NCBI GenBank assembly: GCA_951406725.2
Contig: OX597834.1
Coordinates: forward strand, 6,386,001 to 6,450,000
Length of the DNA: 64,000 nt
Source: Octopus vulgaris
Taxonomy: Eukaryota
Direction of reading: 5' to 3'
Below, one piece after another: positions 55,320 to 64,000 of the stretch (position 1 is the first letter of the stretch; each line of letters starts with the position of its first letter). The notes under the pieces are model-generated. The model was given only the letters and a program-made list of their open reading frames with translations, made no database searches and was not told where the DNA came from. The position numbers and the translations under genes are program-made.

Positions 55320-55772
55320 CTTTACTCTTTTACTTGTTTCAGTCATTTGACTGCGGCCATGCTGGAGCACTGCCTTTAATCGAGCAACTCGACCCTGGCA
55401 CTTATTCTTTTGCAAGCCCAGTACTTATTCTATCGGTCTCTTTTGCCGAACCGCAAAGTAACGGGGACATAAACACACCAGCATCGGTTGTCAAGTGATG
55501 GTAGGGGGACAAACACAGACACACAAACATATACACACTCATATATATATATATATACATATATACGACAGGCTTCTTTCAGTTTCCATCTACCAAATCC
55601 ACTCACAAGGCATTGGTTGGCCCGAGGCTATAGTAGAAGACACTACATTGACTTGGTTGCTACAGATGGATACCCTTCCTAATGCCAACCCCAAGGTGCC
55701 ACGCAGTGAGACTGAACCTGGAACCATGTGGTTGGTAAACAAGCTACTTACCACACAGCCACTCCTGTGCCT
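55320..55772 (-). mobile_element. SINE-A with a short RTE-UTR insert (~55645-55690)
   Basis: Family match. Extra segment ctacagatggatacccttcctaatgccaac. Confidence 0.85.
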
Positions 55773-55931
55773 ATATATATATATATATATATATTATATT
55801 AAATTAGAGATAAAACCACTATTAGGCAAATCAAACAATGAAAATCTTAAGCCAATACATAAAATTGATTAATTTATATTATTTTAAATATATCAAAAGT
55901 ATTAAAGTTTAATAAAAGATAATGAGTAAAA

Positions 55932-55999
55932 CACTACGATCGTTTCATGGCTGTCCAATTCTTAATAATTCGAGTTATGGTTACAGTCAATCTTCAGGT
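55932..55999 (-). ncRNA. Type I hammerhead ribozyme motif (in AT-rich element ~55793-56455)
   Basis: TAC-CTGAAGA-T[TGACTGT..CC...GG-ACAGCCA]T-GAAA-CGATCG-TA-GTG. Palindromic stem III. Confidence 0.75.
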
Positions 56000-56479
56000 A
56001 ATTGAAATATCTAAAATATAATCAGAAATATTTAAACAATATTTTTAAGGTATAAATAATATAATTTTACTTATAATAAACTCTATTATCAAACTAGAAA
56101 CATCGAACTTAACAATTATGATTATATCAAAAACGACTATAATGTTAAATATTAATTTTAATTTATAATGTAGGAAACCACCCATAATCTAATATCGGTA
56201 TTAGACTATATCTAATTACATAAATATTTAAAAATGACTAATATATATAAATTGTCAATGAAAATACATACAAGTATATAAATATTATAATTAAGATCTA
56301 AAATAATCTCTATAAATAAATGTCTCAACATACTATAAAGTCTTTCCCATGCCCTTATAAATTATAAGCTAAAATTAGTGATCATAACCAAATCTATAAA
56401 TACTTATCAAAATTTGTAGTATAACTATACATACGTATACATAAATATATAAAAAAAATATACATACATATACATATAC

Positions 56480-56528
<49 letters not shown>

Positions 56529-57221
56529 CATATACATACACATATACACATACATACACACATGCATACATATACATATACTCACACATACACACATACA
56601 CATATGCACACTCATACATACATGTACATACATACAATACTCAATATATACACTTACACCTATATATACACACCCACACACATACACATAAATAAATGTA
56701 TATACATATACATTTATATACACACACATCATCATATACACATATATACTAACCATATACGTACACACATATATACTAACCAGTGTTAGTATATTTACTT
56801 TGCTGTAAATTAAGGGTCTGACGAAAAGAAAACAACATAAGTCTTGCGGTTGAGTTGTTCAACTAAAACCCTACACATTGCCCCAGTATGACTGCAATTA
56901 ATTAACTAAAACAAATAAAAGATACACAAAGAACTAAAACAAATAAATGTGTGCTAGCAATTCCGCCAGCTTGCAGCCTTTTTTGAGTCTAATAATGTTA
57001 ATCCTTATGGCAGTCCTTGAATTTGGATGTCCCTCTCAGATATAATAGTCTAGCCTTTCTTTTAAGCTAGAGAAACCCAGGCGAGAAAAACTTTCTTAAT
57101 ATCTGCAACTAAATATGTGCAATTTAATACATGCAACTTAATATGACCAAATAAAGTGGCTTAAATTAGTCCCAGCTAAGATTTTTTTCTTTTTTCTTTT
57201 TTTTTTTTTTTGCAAATCTTC

Positions 57222-57388
57222 AGGCGTAGGAGTAGCTGTGTGGTAAGTAGCTTGCTTCCAAACCACATAGTCCCGGGTTCAGTCCCACTGCATGGCACCT
57301 TGGGCAAGTGTTTTCTACTATAGCCTCGGGCCGACCAATGCCTTGTGAGTGGATTTGGTAGACGGAAACTGAAAAGAAGCCCATCGTA

Positions 57389-57445
<57 letters not shown>

Positions 57446-57660
57446 TTGTGTGTCTGCATTTGTCCTCTCAACATCGCTTGACAACCGATGCTGGTGTGTT
57501 TACGTCACTGTAACTTAGCAGTTCGGCAAAAGAGAACAATAGAATGAGTACTAGGCTTACAAAGAATAAGTCCTGGGGTCGATTTGCTCGACTAAAGGCG
57601 GTGCTCCAGCATGGCTGCAGTCAAATGACTGAAACAAGTAAAAGAGAGTAAAAGAGAGTA
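57222..57660 (+). mobile_element. SINE-A
   Basis: Full-length. Confidence 0.9.
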
Positions 57661-57669
57661 ACTTATAAG

Positions 57670-58309
57670 TCTGTTTCTTTTCCATTGTTTAGTTTACTGA
57701 TTGAGTTGTCTCAACAAAAACATAAACATTTACTTTAGACACCTGAGATGGTTTTCAATCTCTGGTAGTCATGGATACCTTAAATTCTTTCATTCTTTCA
57801 TTGGTTTCAGTCATTAGACTGCAGCCATGCTGAAGAGCTATCTTTCAAGGTTTTAGCCAATCACATCGATTCCAATACTTATTTCAGTTTGGTACAAATT
57901 TTAACATTCCCTGCTTAACAAATAGCTTGGTAATCTTTGCTATAAAAGAAGCATGGTACCAGTTTATTCTGGTAAATATTCTTTTCTACTCTAGGCACAA
58001 GGCCCGAAATTTCAGGGGAGGGGTCCAGTCAATTAGATCAACTCCAGTATGCAACTGGCACTTAATTTATCGATCTCCAAAGGATGAAAGGCAACGTCGA
58101 CCTTGACGGAATTTGAACTCAGAACGGAAAGACAGACGAAATACTGCTAAGCAAAAAGATCTAAAACAGACAATAGCACCAGGAAACATTACTGGCGTTA
58201 GGAAGGGCATCCAGCTGTAGAAACACTGCCAGATCAGACTGGAGCCTGGTGTAGCCTCCTGGCTTCCCAGACCCCGGTCGGACCGTCCAACCCATGCTAG
58301 CATGGAAAA
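57670..58309. repeat. Left arm of a local inverted duplication (partner 61803-63120)
   Basis: Colinear reverse complement, including unique DNA and identical TE junctions. Confidence 0.92.
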
Positions 58310-58429
58310 GTCATTCTGAACCAACATTTTATATTTCACTTGCACGAAGGATCCTATTTAATATAGAAAATTTCCTCATGGCAAACTAATTCTTTCCAAC
58401 TTTGGGACTGTGAATATAATGAGCATTTA

Positions 58430-58770
58430 ATGTAAAGACCCCCTTCGGTCATGAATGACCATGGGATTACACCTAGAAAGTTACCCTCCTAGACACAAGT
58501 CCGGGCAAGGTTGTTTATGGAAGACCAGCAGTCGCCCATGCATACCAGCCTCCCCCTCTCCATGCCACTGATGTTATCCAAGGGAAAGACAAAAGGTCGA
58601 TACAGCTTGGCACCAGTGACATCACAACTCATTTCTACAGCTGAGTGAACTGGAGCAACGTGAAATAAAGTGCCTTGCTCAAGAACACAACACCCAGCCC
58701 GGTCCGGGATTCGAGCTCACAACCTCACGATCGTAAGCTCGACGCTCTAACCACTGAGCCATGCGCCTTC
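58430..58770 (-). mobile_element. SINE-D, full length, tail T4
   Basis: Head GGCGCATGGCTCAGTGGTTAGAGCG...GAGCTCGAATCCC, core CTTGAGCAAGGCACTTTATTTCACGTTGCTCC. Confidence 0.85.
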
Positions 58771-59127
58771 AAAATGTCGGTGCTTAATGTAAATAGGTAA
58801 CAAAAAGAAAAATAGAAAAGAAAAGAAAAAAATTCTGAAAGAAAAGAGCGACTTTCTGAACTGTATTTATGAAAAGAGAAGGAGTGGGAAGAAAGTCTTT
58901 GTTGATGGTGATCTTCTTGTAGAATAATTGACAACAGGCTTGGCCAGAGATGAAAAAGGTGGACAATTGTTAATGATTATTGCCAGGAGCACGTTCAAAT
59001 AGCTTTTAATGAGATATGTAACATTAGGACAGTTACCGAGAAAATACAACTAAATCAGAAATATAAAATTTCTAAGTATCTCATAGAGATATGCGCGGTG
59101 GTGGGGCGATAGAGTGGTTGGTAGAAA

Positions 59128-59358
59128 GGTGGTGAGCTGGCAGAATCGTTAGCATGCTGGGCGAAATGCTTTCCAGTATTTCGTCTGCCGTTACGCTCGG
59201 AGTTCAAATTCCGCCGAGGTCGACTTTGCCTTTCATCCTTTCGGGGTCGATTAAATAAGTACCAGTTTCGCACTGGGGTCGATGTAATCGACTTAATCCC
59301 TTTGTTTGTCCTTGTTTGTACTCTCTGTGTTTAGCCCCTTGTGGGTAGTAAAGAAATA
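59128..59358 (+). mobile_element. SINE-B monomer
   Basis: Head through the aaagaaata tail. Confidence 0.9.
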
Positions 59359-59510
59359 TGTATACTGTCAACTTAACGTGACAGTAGGGAATTACACCAC
59401 CGCTGTTTAGCCCTAGGAAGCATCGACTCCTCCTGTCGACTTCGGCACATTTCTTCTGTCCTTATATATTTATGAAGGGGAGACAAATACCCCCAACAGC
59501 TAGGCCTGCA

Positions 59511-59557
59511 TCTAGAGACACACATGTTTCAGGGTCTTTGCCCATCATCGGTCTAGA
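59511..59557 (-). ncRNA. Type I hammerhead motif with U4C core change (in element 59385-59562)
   Basis: TCTAGA-CCGATGA-T[GGG CAAAGA CCC]T-GAAA-CATGTGTG-TC-TCTAGA. The sister copy at 40162 keeps CTGACGA. Confidence 0.7.
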
Positions 59558-59611
59558 GTAGCAGAAGCCAGCTAGCTGAAGATATCATTTGGATTAAAAT
59601 ATGGTGTATAA

Positions 59612-60015
59612 TACTCTTTTACTCTTTTGCTCTTTTACTTGTTTCAGTCATTTGACTGCGGCCATGCTGGAGCACCACCTTTAATCGAGCAACTCGACCC
59701 CGGGACTTATTCTTTGTAAGCCCAGTACTTATTCTATCGGTCTCTTTTGCCGAACCGCTAAGTAACAGGGACATAAACACACCAGCATCGGTTGTCAAGC
59801 AATGCTAGGGGGGCAAACACAGACACACAAACAAATGCACACATATATATACATATATACAACGGGCTTCTTTAAGTTTACGTTTAACAAATCCACTCAC
59901 AAGGCTTTGGTCAGCCCGAGGCTATAGTAGAAGACACTTGCCCAAGGTGCCACGCAGTGGGACTGAACCCGGAACCATGTAGTTCATAAGCAAGCTACTT
60001 ACCACACATCCACTC
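59612..60015 (-). mobile_element. SINE-A
   Basis: Family match. Confidence 0.9.
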
Positions 60016-60663
60016 ATTTTATTTTTCCAAGACCTCCAACAATGGTGAAAAGAAAGAGAATTTACCTTGAAACCAAAGGCCTTGCTTTGCCTGAATGCTT
60101 TCAACAGAACGAACTCTCCTAAAGGCGCTCAAGGACCTGGCATTGGTCAAAAGGTGGAGATAATCAACAAAGAACATTGGAAAATTTTGAAAAATTTTCC
60201 CTACCATTAGTGGACATGTTAATTTTCCAGGTCACTCAGTTTCTCAGTTTGCATTCTTACTCTACAGCATAGATTACCATCACCCATAGGTGTAGAGAAA
60301 AACATCTAAAGGCACTTAAGGACCAGATAAGGTCATTAAACTGAATGACAGATTAAACCTGCCACACAAGAATTCAGAAAGCAGAAAGGGGTAACAAATC
60401 CTGCTAAGCATCTCTTCGGATGCTTTAACATTTCTTCTGGTTCACAACCCTGATGTGATGAAAATAGGCTGTCGTTCTTGCAGGCTGAGTCGCTATGGGA
60501 ATACTCGGTTGTTACTCATCGCAACACTGCAGGTAAAAATATTGGCTAATCAGGTAATATATCTTCACAAACTGTTCAAAGTTATTTTTAAGTGGTTTGA
60601 TCATTTGAAGGTTTTCTTTGCTATGTTGGTCGGATATTGAACTTGTGCCACACACATATTACA

Positions 60664-61394
60664 TACCTATTTCTTTACTACTCACAAGGGGCTAAACATA
60701 GAAGGGACATACAAGGACAGACATAGGTATTAAGTCGATTACATCGACCCCGGTGTGTAACTGGTACTTAATTTATCGACCCCGAAAGGATGAAATGGCA
60801 AAGTTGACCTCGGCGGAATTTGAACTCAGAATGTAATGGCAGACAAAATACCTATTTCTTTACTACCACAACGGGCTAAACATAGAAGGGACATACAAGG
60901 ACAGACATAGGTATTAAGTCGATTACATCGACCCCGGTGTGTAACTGGTACTTAATTTATCGACCCCGAAAGGATGAAATGGCAAAGTTGACCTCGGCGG
61001 AATTTGAACTCAGAATGTAATGGCAGACAAAATACCTATTTCTTTACTACCCACAACGGGCTAAACATAGAGGGGACAAACAAGGACAGACATAGGTATT
61101 AAGTCGATTACATCGAACCCAGTGCGTAACTGGTACTTAATTTATCGACCCCGAAAGGATGAAATGGCAAAGTCGACCTCGGCAGAATTTGAACTCAGAA
61201 CGTAATGGCAGACAAAATACCTATTTCTTTACTACCCACAAGGGGCTAAACACAGAGAGGACAAACAAGGACAGACAAATGGATTAAGTCGATTACATCG
61301 ACCCTAGTGTGTAACTGGTACTTAATTTATCGACCCCGAAAGGATGAAAGGCAAAGTTGACCTCGGTGGAATTTGAACTCAGAACGTAACGGCA
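60664..61394 (-). mobile_element. SINE-B headless tetramer, 184-185-bp period
   Basis: Unit ends at 60668, 60853, 61037 and 61222. Confidence 0.92.
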
Positions 61395-61802
61395 ACCATC
61401 ACCACCACTGGTTTATTCAGCCTACGAGTAATCCAGACAAAAACAAATATTAACATACACATATGTATAGTGTTTTCATACCATCATCATCATTTAGAGT
61501 CCATTTTCACTGTTGGCATGGAGCTGACAAGCTGGAGGGCTGTCCAAACTTCAAACTGTCTGTTGTGGAATGGTTTCTGCAGCTGGATGCTCTTCCTAGT
61601 GCCAACCACTTTACAGAGTGTGCTGGGTGCTTCTTATCTTCTAATGGGTCACCAGCACTGGCATTAATGCTTTTCACATGGCACCTGTAAAGGGCAAGCC
61701 TGTATGTATGGATGGCCGTGATTTTACTTGGCCTGACATATCTCATGTACATCTTGTAATGCTGCTGGACACATCATCATCATCATGAATGTTTAACGTC
61801 CG

Positions 61803-63120
61803 TTTTCCGTGCTAGCATGGGGTTGGACGGTTCGACCAGGGTCTGGGAAGCCAGGAGGCTGCACCAGGTTCCAGTCTGATCTGGCAGTGTTTCTACAGCT
61901 GGATGCCCTTCCTAACGCCAGTAATGTTTCCTGGTGCTATTGTCTGTTTTAGATCTTTTTGCTTAGCGGTATTTCGTCTGTCTTTCCGTTCTGAGTTCAA
62001 ATTCCGCCAAGGTCAATGTTGCCTTTCATCCAATGTTGCCTTTCATCCTGGGTTTGATCTAATTGACTGGACCCCTCCCCTGAAATTTCGGGCCTTGTGC
62101 CTAGAATAGAAAAGAATATTTACCAGAAAAAACTGGTACCATGCTTCTTTTATAGCAAAGATTACCAAGCTATTTGTTAAGCAGGGAATTGTTAAAATTT
62201 GTGGAAGGTGTTTGTAAGCCATTTAAGAAACACACAAAAGCCATTGCTTTAAGACCGTGACCTGTTCACCGACCAGTGAACAGGTCGCGGTCTTAAAGTG
62301 ATGAAAATATTTTGACAAATTAAACTTAAATGTTGAAGTGAATCGCAGGAGTGGCTGTGTGGTAAGTAGCTTGCTAATCAACTACATGGTTCCGGGTTCA
62401 GTCCCACTGCGTGGCATCTTGGGCAAGTGTCTTCTGCTATAGCCCCAGGCCGACCAATGCCTTGTGAGTGGATTTGGTAGACGGAAACTGAAAGAAGCCT
62501 GTCGTATATATGTATATATATATATAAGTGTGTGTGTATATGTTTGTGTGTCTGTGTTTGTCCCCCCAGCATTGCCTGACAACCGATGCTGGTGTGTTTA
62601 CGTCCCCGTCACTTAGCGGTTCGGCAAAAGAGACCGATAGAATAAGTACTGGGCTTACAAAGAGTATGTCCCGGGGTCGATTTGCTCGACTAAAGGCGGT
62701 GCTCCAGCATGGCCACAGTCAAATGACTGAAACAAGTAAAAGAGTAAAAGAGTAAAGAGTAAGAGTACTGTTTTTGTGTGTTTCTTAAATGGCTTACAAA
62801 CACCTTCCATGCTGCAATTCTTTTCGTTTCAGCACACGATCTCAGATCAAATCACTTGCTATGCAAGTACATTTCCGTAATAAGTTAAAATTTGTACCAA
62901 ACTGAAATAAGTATTGGAATCGATGTGATTGGCTAAAACCTTGAAAGATAGCTCTTCAGCATGGCTGCAGTCTAATGACTGAAACCAATGAAAGAATAGA
63001 AGAATTTAAGGTATCCATGGCTACCAGAGATTGAAAACCATCTCAGGTGTCTAGAGTAAATGTTTATGTTTTTTGTTGAGACAACTCAATCAGTAAACTA
63101 AACAATGGAAAAGAAACAGA
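61803..63120. repeat. Right arm of the inverted duplication, interrupted at 62203-62883
   Basis: Reverse complement of 57670-58309. Confidence 0.92.
62203..62883 (+). mobile_element. Fold-back (Penelope-like) insertion with nested SINE-A (62344-62766)
   Basis: TSD gttaaaatttgt at 62191-62202 / 62884-62895. 37-bp inverted repeat 62203-62239 / 62772-62808. Inner palindrome ~62247-62298. 75-bp tail. Confidence 0.78.
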
Positions 63121-63184
63121 ATGATATAGCTTATATTGTATTTACCTATAACTACACTATAATAGCGCCACTGTCCATGTAATC

Positions 63185-63396
63185 TGGGGTTTTGATCTGT
63201 GTCAGCAGTATTGTAAATCTTGAACAAAATTTATTGGCAAAAACCAAACAAAAAATAAAACAGAATTAGAAAAAGTAACGATGAAAAAAATGGGGTTTTG
63301 ATCTGTGTCAGCAGTATTGTAAATCTTGAACAAAATTTATTGGCAAAAACCAAACAAAAAATAAAACAGAATTAGAAAAAGTAACGATGAAAAAAA
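63185..63396. repeat. Perfect 106-bp tandem duplication
   Basis: tggggttttgatctg... starts at 63185 and 63291. Confidence 0.93.
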
Positions 63397-63769
63397 ACCC
63401 AGTCAATGTGCTGTGAAGAAAAAAATTATTCGGATATATTGACTCTAACCTTTGTCTTTCATCATTTCGACTCCAAACTTTATGCATTGGACACATGTAT
63501 GTGTGTGTGTGTGTGTGTGTTTGTGCTTGTGACTGTCTTGCAATACTAAAAGACATCTAAGTAAGGCAGCGAGAGAAAGTATCACAGAAGAATGAGATCA
63601 GGTGTGGATAGCAAATAAGAAGTGGCGAGTCTTTGTATTCTAAGGAGAGTTGCTATCATTTGCATTTAGTGATAATCAGTTTGGTCATGTGAAAGAAAGA
63701 ATTTGAGCATTTACTTAGCTGCCACCGCTACCACCACCACCACCACCACCACCACACCACCACCACACT

Positions 63770-63806
<37 letters not shown>

Positions 63807-64000
63807 GTGTGCTGAGTGTATTTTAGTGCTGGTGTGATTCAGCTTTATTTTCATAAATTTCTATAGAAACCTGCTTGCTTCCTTTTATGCTTAAAGCAAC
63901 TAATTTCAACAGTCTCGCTTAATATATATCATTTCAAACCTTATCGATGTTAGATGGACAAAATTTAGTTCTAAACTTTTATATTTTGTGTTCAAATCCT

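Overview
AT-rich eukaryotic DNA made almost entirely of repeats. The SINE, microsatellite and LINE landscape resembles coleoid cephalopod (Octopus-like) intronic or intergenic sequence; this assignment is an inference. I found no convincing host exon, rRNA or genuine tRNA gene, and most listed ORFs are translated microsatellites or SINE frames. Contents: about 20 copies of one ~410-bp tRNA-derived SINE (called SINE-A here), three other tRNA-headed families (SINE-B, -C, -D), relics of RTE, CR1, R4/Dong and L1/Tx1-type LINEs, mariner/Tc1 relics, hAT- and piggyBac-type MITEs, one complete non-autonomous Helitron, and long microsatellites. The main unexplained signals are: (1) six near-complete type I hammerhead ribozyme motifs plus several variant or broken ones, in short Penelope-like elements that often have an inverted-arm-plus-tail structure and sit in (TA)n, three of them with U.U closing stem II; (2) SINE-B multimers with the same junction at independent loci; (3) tandem multimers and a twin-priming-like inversion of RTE 3' ends; (4) a 0.64-kb inverted duplication that preserves an empty insertion site. 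All structures were derived by eye, and boundaries of decayed elements are approximate.
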